The notes: generated by a model from the letters alone, not told the origin. A stretch of 62,459 nt of DNA from an uncultured bacterium (GCA_963839205.1 CAWITU010000006.1:1-62459); one strand, 5' to 3'. Positions 40,241-51,518 are shown, numbered from the stretch's first letter. Translations and numbers: made by a program.

Positions 40241-41670
40241 CAATCATCAATATTAAAGCGGTTCGCGATCTCTTGAAAGGCCAACGACGGCTTCAATTCT
40301 ACCTTTTTTCCCTCTACCTCTCGGTTCGAGGTGCAGATATTGACCATTTCACGTTTTTCTTCGGGTAATGCCATTTGATGGCTTAACCAAGCGCTTCCAG
40401 CCAGTTCGAGGAATTTTTCCAATCGCTCTGGTTGCTGCGCTGCCGTTAGGCGCCTAAATTTGCCAGATTTTCCTCAACGGCTTTTTGATCAAAAAGCAGG
40501 CTCTTCTTTCTTTCCTCAAACATAATTTTATCGAGGGCCTGATCCAAGTAGGCGTCGGTCAAGCGATTTAGCCTGTCTTTGATTTGGTCGTTTCGTAGAT
40601 TCAGGCTTCTAGTCTCCTCTTCCCGTCTACTTGTCCAGGTCTCTCGCAATCTCATAACTCTGGGTTTTAAATACGCCTTCTCGTCTTCATCAAAGCTAAT
40701 GTGTTCAAAGAAGCGTGCCACCCCTGTCTCGACAGTTTCTTCTCTAACCGCAGTTCTTGGAAAGTGCTTGCTGTGGCACCGATAGTACACATTCCCTTTC
40801 TGCCGCTCACCAACGAGGGAATAGTGACAAGTCGCACAGGAAAGCATCCGACGAAACTGAAATGTATGCCGATGGCTACGAGCATGTATCCTGCCGGTCA
40901 GAACGGCGTGTACGCGATCAAATAATGCCTTTCCTATGAGGGGTTCGTGAATGCCAATAAAGCTCTCGCCGGTCTTTTGAATGTGGATAAGCCCGATATA
41001 AAAGGAATTATTGAGGAGAGTCGTTAATCCGGCCTTGGTTACCCTGCCGCCGTTGCGGTTGTGCAAACCAAGCCGCTGGAGTTCCTCTCCCAAAGTTTCA
41101 AAACTGTACTGAGCACTCCCATACAACTCAAATGTTTTACGAACCAAGGGGCCTTTGATGGGATCAATGGTTTTGGGCATACCTTTGCCTTGATCGACGT
41201 ATCCTAAAGGTGCACGTAATGGATAGAGTCCCTGCTTCAAACGACCGTAGAAGCCTTTGCGGGTTTCCTCCGAAGATTTCTGATGTAATCGGCAGAAACG
41301 ACCGCCTGAATGTCAGCGGAGAGACGCCCACCTCTGGATTGAAGATCGAGGCTTTCGGTTACAAAATGCACTTCGACGCCCTGATCCGACAGTTCGCCAA
41401 TAGCCGCCCAATCTTTCAGATTTCGTGCGCCACGATCAAGTTTGTGCAAAATGATTCCGTGAGACTTTGCAGTACGTAAAAGTTTAAGTGCTTTGTTAAA
41501 TATTGGACGCCCCTGCTTGGCAGCAGTCTCCATCTCTTCAAGCCAAAGAGTGATATTAAATGGTTGCGTTCAGCATAACGCAAAATGGCATCGCGCTGTT
41601 CTTGAAGTGAGACCCCTTTCGTTCCTTGTTTGACAGTGGAAACACGAATGTATCCTATATATTCCTTCAT
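40174..41670 (-). CDS. Large serine recombinase, frame-disrupted (at least 3 shifts); last ORF runs antisense into tRNA-Ala
   Basis: N-terminus MKEYIGYIRVSTVKQ (catalytic Ser), a resolvase domain split over ORFs 41416..41670 and 41237..41533, the recombinase plus zinc-ribbon domain 40446..41240, and the tail ORF 40174..40422. Confidence 0.75.
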
Positions 41671-42028
41671 TATTGAGGTTGACGTTTATGCTAAAATAAT
41701 AATTCTATCGGACTCATCGTATCGTATTTGTACTTGGTGTCAATTGAGCCTCTGGTTGATCCCTTTCCAATTCTATGCGCTCAAAAATGCGTAGCACAAG
41801 TGCGAGATACCGATCTAGAGTGTCTTCCACTTCTACAAGCTCCTTTTCGTTTAGATGTGGGTACAAATCGCGAAGAGTTGGGGCGGTTTTGTTATCCATG
41901 TACGACCGAGGATACCGCTAGATAGATGAGAGCTAAAGACGGTAAAGTTTTCCTAATCTGGCAACTTTGCTGTTCCTTGATGATTGTATCACCGCTCCTA
42001 GTCTATGCGACACAATAGATCGTTTAGG
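40241..42028. mobile_element. Putative integrated-element remnant abutting the tRNA-Ala 3' end
   Basis: G+C rises abruptly right after the tRNA. Contains only a broken serine recombinase and a 61-aa ORF, and is followed by IS30. Confidence 0.45.
41714..41899 (-). CDS. Small hypothetical protein upstream of the recombinase
   Basis: 61-aa ORF, helical and charged. Confidence 0.35.
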   Translation of the reverse strand: MDNKTAPTLRDLYPHLNEKELVEVEDTLDRYLALVLRIFERIELERDQPEAQLTPSTNTIR

Positions 42029-43072
42029 TTCAACAAGTAATTGCAACACTTTGAGATAATCAAGGTGTTATGAAATTTAAACATTTTTCGATCGAGGAGC
42101 GTGAGAAAATACAGGAAATGCTCTGGCAAAAAACCTCGGTCAGAACAATTGCCAGAGCATTAGGTCGAAGTCCATCATCGGTTTCAAGGGAAATCAATCG
42201 CAACATTCCACTAAGGCGGTCATATCGTCCACGACTAGCTAATAATCGGGCAGAAGAGAAAAGAAAGTGTCGTGGTCGGAAACTCAGGTTGAAAAGCTTC
42301 TTTGTGAGGCAGTATGTTGTTACCCAACTTAAAGCTGGATTTTCTCCAGAACAAATCTCCGGCCGTCTCCATTACCACTATCCAGAGGAATCAATCTCTC
42401 ATGAAGCCATATACCAGTACATCTACTCTCAGGTCCATCGAAACGGTCATGGCTACATGAGACCTAACTACCATGACTTACGTCCATACCTCAAAAGAAG
42501 ACACAAAAGAAGAATGCGAAAAGGAATGCGTAAAAGTCAAAGAATCTTCAAGCCTAAAGGCCTATCTATTGAGCTTCGACCAAAAGAAGTCGAACAAAGA
42601 AAAGTCGTTGGACACTGGGAAGGAGATTCGATGATTTCAAGAAAAAGCAAAATCGGCTTGAACACCTTAGTCGAGAGAAAGACCGGTCTGGTCTTCATCA
42701 CAAAGATTTCTGATCGCACCGCAAAAGAAACAAGTGACGCTGTGATCAACAGACTCGGTGCCCTTCCTAAAGAAGTCCGAGAAACTATCACTGTCGACAA
42801 TGGAACCGAAAACTCTGATTACAAAAAAATTGAAACAGCTCTAAACATATCCTGCTACTTCGCCCACCCATACTGCTCAGGGGAACGTGGTACCAACGAA
42901 AACACCAATGGCCTCATCAGGTGGTACTTTCCTAAAGGCACAGATTTTGCGACAATCCCTGATGAGGCCATTCAAGAAGTGGAAAATCGACTTAACAATC
43001 GTCCACGCAAGCGACTTGGATGGAGAACTCCATTAGAAGCATTTAATGAAAGTGTTGCATTTACACATTGAA
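42029..43072 (+). mobile_element. IS30-family insertion sequence with imperfect terminal inverted repeats
   Basis: The left end TTCAACAAGTAATTGCAACACTTT (42029-42052) matches the reverse complement of the right end AAAGTGTTGCATTTACACATTGAA (43049-43072) at 20/24. The right repeat overlaps the transposase stop. No clear target duplication seen. Confidence 0.75.
42070..43071 (+). CDS. IS30-family DDE transposase
   Basis: 333 aa with an N-terminal HTH (...SVRTIARALGRSPSSVSREINRN), HWEGDSMI and DNGTEN blocks, and C-terminal NENTNGLIRWYFPKGTDF...LNNRPRKRLGW. Confidence 0.9.
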   Translation: MKFKHFSIEEREKIQEMLWQKTSVRTIARALGRSPSSVSREINRNIPLRRSYRPRLANNRAEEKRKCRGRKLRLKSFFVRQYVVTQLKAGFSPEQISGRLHYHYPEESISHEAIYQYIYSQVHRNGHGYMRPNYHDLRPYLKRRHKRRMRKGMRKSQRIFKPKGLSIELRPKEVEQRKVVGHWEGDSMISRKSKIGLNTLVERKTGLVFITKISDRTAKETSDAVINRLGALPKEVRETITVDNGTENSDYKKIETALNISCYFAHPYCSGERGTNENTNGLIRWYFPKGTDFATIPDEAIQEVENRLNNRPRKRLGWRTPLEAFNESVAFTH

Positions 43073-43197
43073 TGTACCGGATAAACAGTTGACTTGTAAG
43101 TGAATATATGCTATGTTTATAGTACAAATTTATCGTTTGAAATTAAGTCGATTTTTATAGCAATATTTTGTACTTATTAGAATTTAATTAACCATAC

Positions 43198-43395
43198 ATG
43201 ACAGGAACTATCAAAAAGCTCACTGACAAAGGTTTTGGTTTCATTACATCAGAAGGTATGACAAAAGATCTCTTTTTTCATAGCAATTCTCTTGTTGGAG
43301 TACAGTACGCTGATCTTCACGAGGGAGACACTGTGTCTTTTGAAACTGAAGACGGCCCAAAAGGAATGAGCGCCGTAAACGTTCAGAAAGCATAA
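43198..43395 (+). CDS. cspA: Cold-shock protein (CspA family)
   Basis: 65 aa with RNP1 KGFGFI and an RNP2-like LFFHSNS. Confidence 0.9.
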   Translation: MTGTIKKLTDKGFGFITSEGMTKDLFFHSNSLVGVQYADLHEGDTVSFETEDGPKGMSAVNVQKA

Positions 43396-43421
43396 GCTTA
43401 CAAAATTTGTAACTTACAAAA

Positions 43422-43449
43422 GGCCAGCCCCTTAAGGGGCTGGCCTTTT
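43422..43449. terminator. Bidirectional intrinsic terminator
   Basis: AAAA-GGCCAGCCCC-ttaa-GGGGCTGGCC-TTTT between convergent genes. Confidence 0.85.
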
Positions 43450-43451
43450 GT

Positions 43452-44978
43452 TTATGCAAAACCTGGGAAATAATCTATTTTGATATTAGATCTTTTGACG
43501 CCCATTTTGATCAAGGATTCTTTGTAGGAACTAACCATACCTTGTGGTCCAGAAATATAGAAAATTCTATTCTTGTAATCTGGAACTTCAGCCCTAACCA
43601 TCTGAGCATTGATTGGACCACTATACCCTGCACTTTTTTGATCAGTAATAGCATAGACAGTTTTTATACCCAACTTTCTATAAGCTTCATCAAATACTTC
43701 CTCATAAAGTACGTCGGTAGCAGATCGGTTTGAATACAATAGAACAACATCTCTTTTTTCATTGGTATCAATCAAATATTGAATCATACTTCTAAAAGGT
43801 GTAACTCCAATCCCACCTGCGATAAAGGTGATCTTCTTTTTTTTATTTTTTGGTAAAGTAAAATCTCCAGAAAGTTGGCCAGCCATTATTGATGATCCAA
43901 GTCTCATTGAAAGCAAGGCCTTCTTAAATGAGCTAGCTGGTTCATAAAATTTTATCCCTAACTTAATCTCAGGCTCTGTGGGTGAAGATGAAAGGGTGAA
44001 GTACCTTCGAACACTTCTATTGTCAGGGTCAGCATGTTCAAGAGTTAGTTCCATATATTGTCCTGGCTTGTACTTAATTGGTCTATCGCTCGTATAGGCA
44101 AATTCATATGAGTCAGGGGATAAAGGAATAATTTCTTTGAGCCTTAACATCATTTTATATTTAGGACTGACAATGTATGCAAAAATATTTCCAACAAGAA
44201 GGGCGAGCTCTGGGGTGAAATAGAATGACCCAACACTTACGTTTGGTAAGAATAGAAACCCAACACCCGCACCATATAAAATTCTAAGTAATCTGGATGG
44301 TGGTGTCGTGGCTGGTTCAGTGAGCATCACAGTTCCGAAGAAAAATACTGGAGTATAAAGTAGTGATTGATTTAAGGAAGTTAAAATATTAAGTCCATGA
44401 TCAAAATTAAAATAGGCAATTCCTAAAGTAAATATTCCAATGAAAGATACAAATAAATCAAAGCGATGAATTTTGCGAACGATTAGTAAACCACCAATGA
44501 GTACAAAGGGAACCATAATAGGAGTTCCAATCCACCAGCTTGCTGACAAGCCCAGAACAGCACTCGTTATGGCTACACCAATTGCCGCTGGATTAAATAC
44601 CTGCTTTCCTCTTATAGCTAAAATATATTTAGAGGCCATTGACCAAGCTGAAGCCCAAAAGGCAATTGCTAAAAATTGTAAATCTAATGGGTTTGATGGG
44701 GGAGTAATGATAAGGGCGAGAATAAGAACAGTAATCCAAATTGATTCTGGGTTTGATGGTACTTCAAATATTCGAGCAAATATTTCATTAGTTAGCCAAC
44801 AAACGCAGTAAATTAAAGCAACTGAAAATAATAAATAAATTGGGCCATAAGGCAAAATACCAAAGAAACCAAATATTCCGGCTATAACTAATAAGACAAT
44901 TAATTCATAAACCACCACACGATACATAGTGATTTTATTAAGTAAATCGTCAATAAGTTTTAAAATATTTCTAATCAT
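43452..44978 (-). CDS. Polytopic membrane domain fused to an FNR-like FAD/NAD(P)-binding reductase
   Basis: ~260 aa with about 8 TM helices, then RRYFTLSSSP (the RxYS FAD motif), GGIGVTPF (NAD(P) motif) and C-terminal YISGP. Confidence 0.75.
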   Translation of the reverse strand: MIRNILKLIDDLLNKITMYRVVVYELIVLLVIAGIFGFFGILPYGPIYLLFSVALIYCVCWLTNEIFARIFEVPSNPESIWITVLILALIITPPSNPLDLQFLAIAFWASAWSMASKYILAIRGKQVFNPAAIGVAITSAVLGLSASWWIGTPIMVPFVLIGGLLIVRKIHRFDLFVSFIGIFTLGIAYFNFDHGLNILTSLNQSLLYTPVFFFGTVMLTEPATTPPSRLLRILYGAGVGFLFLPNVSVGSFYFTPELALLVGNIFAYIVSPKYKMMLRLKEIIPLSPDSYEFAYTSDRPIKYKPGQYMELTLEHADPDNRSVRRYFTLSSSPTEPEIKLGIKFYEPASSFKKALLSMRLGSSIMAGQLSGDFTLPKNKKKKITFIAGGIGVTPFRSMIQYLIDTNEKRDVVLLYSNRSATDVLYEEVFDEAYRKLGIKTVYAITDQKSAGYSGPINAQMVRAEVPDYKNRIFYISGPQGMVSSYKESLIKMGVKRSNIKIDYFPGFA

Positions 44979-45722
44979 GGGTTGTGTATTTTTTAAATCC
45001 GCTTGTCATGGTGGCTATCCCATTTTTATCAATTGAATATCCTTCAAACTCTTCAAGATTTCTCTATAAAATTTATGCCATCTTTACCCATTGCAAATAC
45101 TGAAGTGGCGAAACGATCTGCTTCATATATGTTCGGCCCAATAACAGTCAAACTAACAATATCAGATTCAACAGCTTTCTTTGTCAGTGGATTATAAATA
45201 TGTTGACCTCGTAGATAAGTGCCCGAAGTAGCTACACCATGACCTTTTGGGTATATAACTTTAATTATTTCCTCTCGATTAAACGGATCTCGAATTCCAA
45301 CACTCCATTCCTCGCCACTTTTGTTTTTGCCCGATGTTTGAATATCACCTCCAACATCAACATAAAAATTATGACAGTCAAGAGATTGAAGAAGTCTTGC
45401 CGAATTATTAATAGCCCAACCTTTGACGAGCCCAGAAGGATCGTACAACCCATCTGGCTTTTTTATATCAAAATATCCGTGATGTAAGTTTTTTTGTTTC
45501 TTCAGATAAATCAAAAACTTCTTTCATTTCATTACTACAATTAAAAAGTGAAATTTCTCCTCTGTTTATTTGAGAAATTTCACTCTCAGTTTTATAAGTA
45601 CTGAATTTAGTATCAATGTGAATTAAATAATCAAAAACTTTATCAAAATGTGTTTGATTTGTCTCTGGATCTACGATTTCAACAAATACAGGCATGCCCA
45701 TAATTTCGCGAGACTGTTTCAT
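44971..45722 (-). CDS. apbE: FAD:protein FMN transferase (ApbE family), two frameshifts
   Basis: ...EISQINRGE..., GLVKGWA and VDVGGD motifs across ORFs 45468..45722 and 45053..45514. The tail ...EEFEGYSIDKNGIATMTSGF is in a third frame, and the stop overlaps the downstream ATG. Confidence 0.75.
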
Positions 45723-45724
45723 TT

Positions 45725-46273
45725 TTAACTTTTAGCTTGTGATAGAGCAGAAGCAAGTGACTCACGAAATGCGGCGCTAGTATCACTAGCACCTGAAACG
45801 CCGTTGACGTTAGCACTTTGAGCCTGAATCGCTTCGCTTTGTAGGGAAGGCATTGCTTGATTGTTGATAAAACGAGAAGTGCTTCGGTCGTTTGGATACT
45901 GCAGGAATGTTACATCTGTAAGTTTTCCGCCTGTAACAGTGGCTTGAACCTGTACATTACCGTAGTAAGCGTTCGCAGTACTCCCAACATAGGTACCGTC
46001 TACGTATTGTCCGGTAGGTTTCGTTACAACAGGTGTTGGTGTGGGGGTAGGTTTTGTGGATTTAGTTGCCTTTGTCTTAGTGGGTGTAGTTTTGGTAACA
46101 CTGTTGTATGTAGTTTGGATCGTTGTGGTTATAGTGGTTTTATTATTTGTTGTCTGGCTAGTTGAGGAATTATCAGCAACATACTGCATAGTCGTAGTAT
46201 TCGTAAAATATTGGTATAGGCCGTAACCGATAAAGGCTAAGACAAAGGTTAATGATGTGAAAAATTTTTTCAT
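45725..46273 (-). CDS. Exported FMN-binding-domain protein with a C-terminal flavinylation motif
   Basis: Signal/TM MKKFFTSLTFVLAFIG, a Thr-rich linker, then an FMN_bind-like domain ending ...VNGVSGASDTSAAF (an [ST]GA[ST]-type acceptor). Confidence 0.75.
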   Translation of the reverse strand: MKKFFTSLTFVLAFIGYGLYQYFTNTTTMQYVADNSSTSQTTNNKTTITTTIQTTYNSVTKTTPTKTKATKSTKPTPTPTPVVTKPTGQYVDGTYVGSTANAYYGNVQVQATVTGGKLTDVTFLQYPNDRSTSRFINNQAMPSLQSEAIQAQSANVNGVSGASDTSAAFRESLASALSQAKS

Positions 46274-46373
46274 ACGTGCACTATTATACGACACAACTAT
46301 GCCCAAGGTTGTGTATTGCGAAAAAGCTGTAAATTAGGCATAATTATAAACATAATAATTACTATATAAATCA

Positions 46374-48918
46374 ATGTCTAATAACCCAGAGGGACAACCA
46401 TCACGAGATTCTATCAAAGCTCAGATTGCTGAAATCGACGGCAAAATAACCGAAGCTAGAAATTCAATTAGTGCTCGTAATGTTCAAAAAAGTGAATTAA
46501 GAGGTCAACTAAGTACTCCTGAAGAAATTGAAAAAGGTGATTTTTCCAAAGAGGAACGTGCCGACCTTCTCGCAACTAATGAGGAGATAAAAACAAACAT
46601 AAGAAGTATTGATAATGTTATTAAGGAAACTAAGAAGGAAATTGAGGCACTTGAAAATTCAAAAGCGCCTTTGGCTGAAGCTTTAAGTAAGATGGAAGGT
46701 GAGGCACCAACTGAAGAAAAAAAGAAAGAAGATAAAAAAACAACAGCAGAAACAAAGAAGGAAAAAACAGTCGATGTAACCCCAAAAAATGAAGTTATTC
46801 CAACAAATCCAATGTCTAAAGCATTTGATGGAATTAATATCGCTACGGTTGAAGGTCCAATAATGAGTAGAAAAGAGAAGAAAGCAAAAAAGAACAAAAA
46901 GGAACAAGTTGCAGCTGAAGTTGGAGTTGAGAGTAAGCCAGAAGAAAAACCAACAGATAAATCATTAAAACTTAAAGAGGTTAATAATTTCAGTGAATTA
47001 AAAAAGTTCTGGGTGAATCCGGATGTTAATAATGTTATTTCCAGAATTGAACTTGCTGCGTATGGTCTAAAGAAGGATCCAACATCTGAAGGAGCAAAGA
47101 AAAATTTTATTCGTTTCTTCCGTGGAATAAATCCACATTCAGAAGTAACACAGGATAAGGCTATTCAATTTACATCTGATGTTTCAGGGATTTCATTCGA
47201 GGAGTTGGAGGGTTATCTTCAGGATCCAAATTATAAGAACCTTGGTCCAGAAGAAGAAAAGAAAGAGAAAAAAGCTGAAGAGAAAGCTCCAGTTAGTGAA
47301 AGAGAAAAACTTTTTAAAGAAGCCGAAACCTTCAAGGATTTAAGAAAACTATATCCAGATGTCTTGAGTATCCAAAATAGTTTAACTAAGGCTGAGAAAA
47401 TATTGAATAGTTTGAAGGAAAAACCAGAAGACCAGGAATTGAAAGAAAATTTGGCTAAAATTGTGAGCGAGGAAGGAATTTTGAATGAGAGCCCAATATT
47501 TGTTGAGGCTTTTCTTAGAGTTGCATCCCTTGTCTCTGGGTTATCTGTTGAAGAATTAAATTCTGTATTTAAGATGGAAACTAAATCAGAAAAGACTGAG
47601 AAAAAAGAAAAAGTTAAAAGCCCACCACGCATTATTCCAAAAATTATTGAAACTCCAAAAAAGACTGATGAGACAAAGAAAGAAGAACCAAAAGCCGATA
47701 GCGAGAAGGAGGAAAAACTAACTTTACTTATTGCCAAAGCTGAATCATTTGATGCCCTTTATCTTATGTTGGAAAACATTAAGGAAGTTCAGGGCTCAGA
47801 AGTTCTTTTTAAGTTTGATGATCCTGATTCAACTAGGAATTTAAAGTACATTATAGAAGGAGTACGTGCAAAGGCTTTTTCAATTGATTGTGTTACTAGA
47901 ACATATGGATTTAGAGATAAGGTTGCGGAATTGCTCAAAGAAATAACTCCACCACCACTTCCTGAAGAATATTTGAAATCGGTTGAGTTGTCGCATCAGA
48001 TGACAGATGCGCGAGGTCTGTACATAATTGAGCACCAAAAATATTTAAAATCAAAAAAAGAGCCAGGATATCTAGATAATATTAGAGCCAAACTTTTTGG
48101 AGTTAAACCTGAAAAAGAAGAGGCTTTACCACAAGCACTCAGAGAGGCCAAGGAGGCTTATGAAAAAATTAAAATTGCCTATGGTGCCTCACTTTGGAAT
48201 CTAAAAAGTAGTCAGTTAGAGATTGGTCAGCTAAGTCCAGATGATATTGATTTTTTGACTTTTGAAGCTAGGGGAAGGGATTATACTTCTGATTTTTCTG
48301 CAAACAAGGAGAAAGAGATTGCATCTGGAAAAATTTCACCAGAGGAGAAAAATCTTTTATTAAAAAATTATAAATCCGGAGAGATTTTTAAAAGAACAGT
48401 TTTAGATGAGCGAGAAATTTTGGTTAAAGCTCAAAGTGAAACTTGGCCTCCAAAAGAAAAGAATCTCATCTTCAAGTGTCTTGATGCTTATCATCGACAA
48501 CCTAGACTTATTAAATTTGCGATATCCGCAGCTGTTTTGAGTGCGCCAATTGCCGCAACTGGAGGTTTGTCAGGTTTCGTTATGATGGGTGGGTATCGTT
48601 TTGCTAGAGCCGCTCTTAGCTTTCGGTGCGGCATACGGAGTTGGTACAGCATTTGATACTTTTATTAAGGATAAAAGTCCCGAATATTATAAAGGGCAAG
48701 AGAATAAAATTCGTCATCAATTTTCAAAAGGAGATTTTAATGAAAAAGAGGCATCTCTTAGAATTCAGAAAGCTCGAGAAGAGGAGGTAAGTATGAGAAA
48801 TAAAAGACTTCTTGCAAAGAGGCTGGCAATGCTTGCAACAGGTGCCGGTGTCGGAGCCTTTGCTGGGCATTTCCAATCAGAAGCTTTGAGTGCTGTAGCG
48901 ACCACCAAGTTTGATTGA
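46374..48918 (+). CDS. Very large Lys/Glu-rich coiled-coil protein with C-terminal TM segments, one frameshift ~48600
   Basis: The 760-aa ORF continues in ORF 48589..48918. Low-complexity KE-rich repeats and hydrophobic helices near the end. Confidence 0.5.
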
Positions 48919-49583
48919 GTCAGTACCGGGCACTGGACCAGTACATATTGAACCAGAACATATTTTGCCACAAACTGCACCTGTCAATGGAGAGCATGTC
49001 ACGGGACTTCCAGAAGCACCAGTAACATCACCGCATGTGCCAGGTGTGATTGATGAAAATACACCTAGTGGACCAATTTATGGCGATAATCATATTAGTG
49101 GTTTGGAGAACGCCCCTGCGGCAAATGCGGAACACATCACGGGTCTTCCAAGGGCTACCGATGCTACAGAGGTTGTTTCGAATCCTAGTCGTTTTGGAGA
49201 AATTATTCCATCGCATCGGATCTGGCGAAGATATGTGGCATATTACAAAAAATGTCTTAAGAAAAAGTGTTCCTGGATTTAGTGGTTTATCAGAAGCTGG
49301 ACAGACAAATGCAATCGACACTCTTTATCAAAAATTTGTTCATATGTCGCCTTCGGAACTTAGAAGCATCGGTATTACGAGTGGTGACTATTCAGTCATA
49401 AATGATCGTATGCATATAAATGGAGGAGGTGTCTTTACGGCCGAAAATTTAAGAAAAGCAGTACAACATGCTCAAAATACTATTGAGCATAGTCCAGTGA
49501 AGATGGCACATATAATGGACAATATTCCAATATTCAGAACTACAGGAGTTTGCATCCAGGTGAAAAAATCACCGAATCATTAG
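48911..49583 (+). CDS. Hypothetical protein, or continuation of the preceding gene; one frameshift ~49230
   Basis: Three short repeats: GEHVTGLPEAP, DNHISGLENAP and AEHITGLPRAT. Continues in ORF 49050..49583. Confidence 0.35.
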
Positions 49584-49609
49584 CAAATCGATTATCTAAC
49601 TACTAATAT

Positions 49610-49924
49610 ATGAATAACGATCTATTAAAAACAAATTTGATTACAGCTCTCGGCATTAATAATTTGTCAGAGGAAAAACAAGAAGAGATTATAATCCAAG
49701 CTGGAAATGTAATTTTTCAAGGAGTTTTAAATAAAGTTATTCCGCTTTTAACTGATTCAGAAAAGACCGAATTTGAAAAAATTCTTGATAATTCGAACGG
49801 AGATACGATTGGAATGCTCAATTTTCTTCAGGCAAAAGTTCCAAATCTTGAGCGAATAATTCAAGGAGAAGTGGCTGATTTCAAACAAGAGAGCTTGAAC
49901 GTGATGTCTGGTATTGGAAAATAA
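49610..49924 (+). CDS. Small hypothetical protein
   Basis: 104-aa ORF, helical. Confidence 0.45.
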   Translation: MNNDLLKTNLITALGINNLSEEKQEEIIIQAGNVIFQGVLNKVIPLLTDSEKTEFEKILDNSNGDTIGMLNFLQAKVPNLERIIQGEVADFKQESLNVMSGIGK

Positions 49925-49929
49925 TATGT

Positions 49930-50530
49930 TTGGGCTTTCAAGAAGAGCTCACTATTCTCAAAAGACTTTCATCACCGATTAAAATTCAGGATTTTCTTGA
50001 TAGTTTGCCGATTAATTTTGAGAAAGGCGGGGAGACCTACATGTCTCCCCGCCGAGTTTTGCAAACTGGAAAAGCTCATTGCCTGGAGGGGGCACTACTT
50101 GCCGCACTGGCATTGTGGCTTCAAGGTGAAGAGCCACTATTACTTGATTTAAGAAGTGTTCCATCTGATATTGATTCATGTTGTTGCTTTGTATAAGCGT
50201 AATGGTTATTGGGAGCGATAAGTAAGACTAATCACTCAAGTCTTCGTTTTAGAGACCCAGTTTATAAAACTCCCCGTGAACTAGCTGTATCGTATTTTCA
50301 TGAATATTTCGTGAATGAGACTGGTAAGAAGACACTTCCGAAGTTATGCGAATCCATTTAATCTTAAGAAAATTAAAACTAATTGGATAACAGCCGAAAA
50401 AGAACTTTTTGAAATTCCGGAAATTCTTATGCGCAAAAACATTTTCCAATTTACCCTGAAGCAAATCAGAAATATATTCGTAAAGGCCGATCAAATGGAA
50501 AGAAGGGCGGGGAACTTATTGAATTTATAA
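49930..50530 (+). CDS. Transglutaminase-like / papain-fold candidate, frameshift near 50185
   Basis: GKAHCLEGALLAALAL (Cys) in ORF 49930..50196, then DIDHVVALYKRNGYWGAISK (His) after a frame switch. The tail is in ORF 50315..50530. Confidence 0.45.
50026..50053. repeat. Intragenic GC hairpin (11 bp) in the transglutaminase-like gene
   Basis: GGCGGGGAGAC-ctacat-GTCTCCCCGCC. Confidence 0.9.
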
Positions 50531-50567
50531 GCCTATAGAAGGAGTTTAATTTGTTAACATTATTCTA

Positions 50568-51518
50568 ATGTCAAAGAAAATTCTATTATCTGGAGTAAAA
50601 CCAACCGGCCGACCTCATATAGGCAATTATTTTGGTGCCATGAAGCAGTTTGTTGATATGCAGGATAAATTTGATTGCTTCTATCATGATTCCTGATTAT
50701 CATGCTCTAAATACTATTCAGGATGGTAAGCAGATGAAAGAACTCATACTTGATTTGGCATTAGATTATCTCGCTATTGGACTTAATCCAGATAAAGTAA
50801 ATATCTTCAAACAATCCGATGTGTTAGAACATACGGAGCTTGCTTGGATTTTTGATGCCATTACAACGATGCCATATTTGATGAGAGCGCATGCCTTTAA
50901 GGATGCTGAAGCAAAAAATAAAGAAATAACCGTTGGGACTTTTAATTACCCAATGCTTATGGCTTCGGATATTCTTCTCTATGATGCGGACGTTGTGCCG
51001 GTTGGCCTTGATCAGAAACAGCATGTTGAAATTACTCAGAGATACTGCCGAAAAATTTAATAGAATTTTTGGGGAAGTATTCAAGTTGCCAGAGGCTTTA
51101 ATTATGAAAGAAGTTGCTGACTATTCCTGGTATCGATGGTCAAAAGATGAGTAAAAGTTATAACAATACCATTCCACTTTTTGCGACGGATGCAGAAATT
51201 GAAAAAGCTGTAATGGGTATTGTGACTGATTCGTCCGGTGAGTTGCCAGTCAATGTTTACAATATCCACAAACTTTTTAGAGACACAGAATATTTGGATA
51301 AGTTGTACTCTGAAAATAAGGGTAAGTACAAAATATTAAAGGAGGCCTTGATTGCAGATTTGAAAGCTTTGATTTCACCGCTTAGAGCTAATAGAGCTAA
51401 ATTTGAGAATGATATTGAGAAAGTGAAAGAGATTTTGGAAAAGGGAAAAGCGGCCGCGCAAGGTCGCGCGGCCGCCAAAATGGCTTCTGTCCGCTCCAAA
51501 ATTGGCGTAAGTTTTTAA
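50568..51518 (+). CDS. trpS: Tryptophan--tRNA ligase, at least 3 frameshifts
   Basis: [24 protein letters not shown] (HIGH) and KMSKS at ~51140, in pieces across frames 3, 1, 2 and 3. Confidence 0.85.
51450..51475. repeat. Intragenic GC hairpin in trpS (10 bp, all G/C)
   Basis: GCGGCCGCGC-aaggtc-GCGCGGCCGC, 43 nt before the stop codon. Confidence 0.9.
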
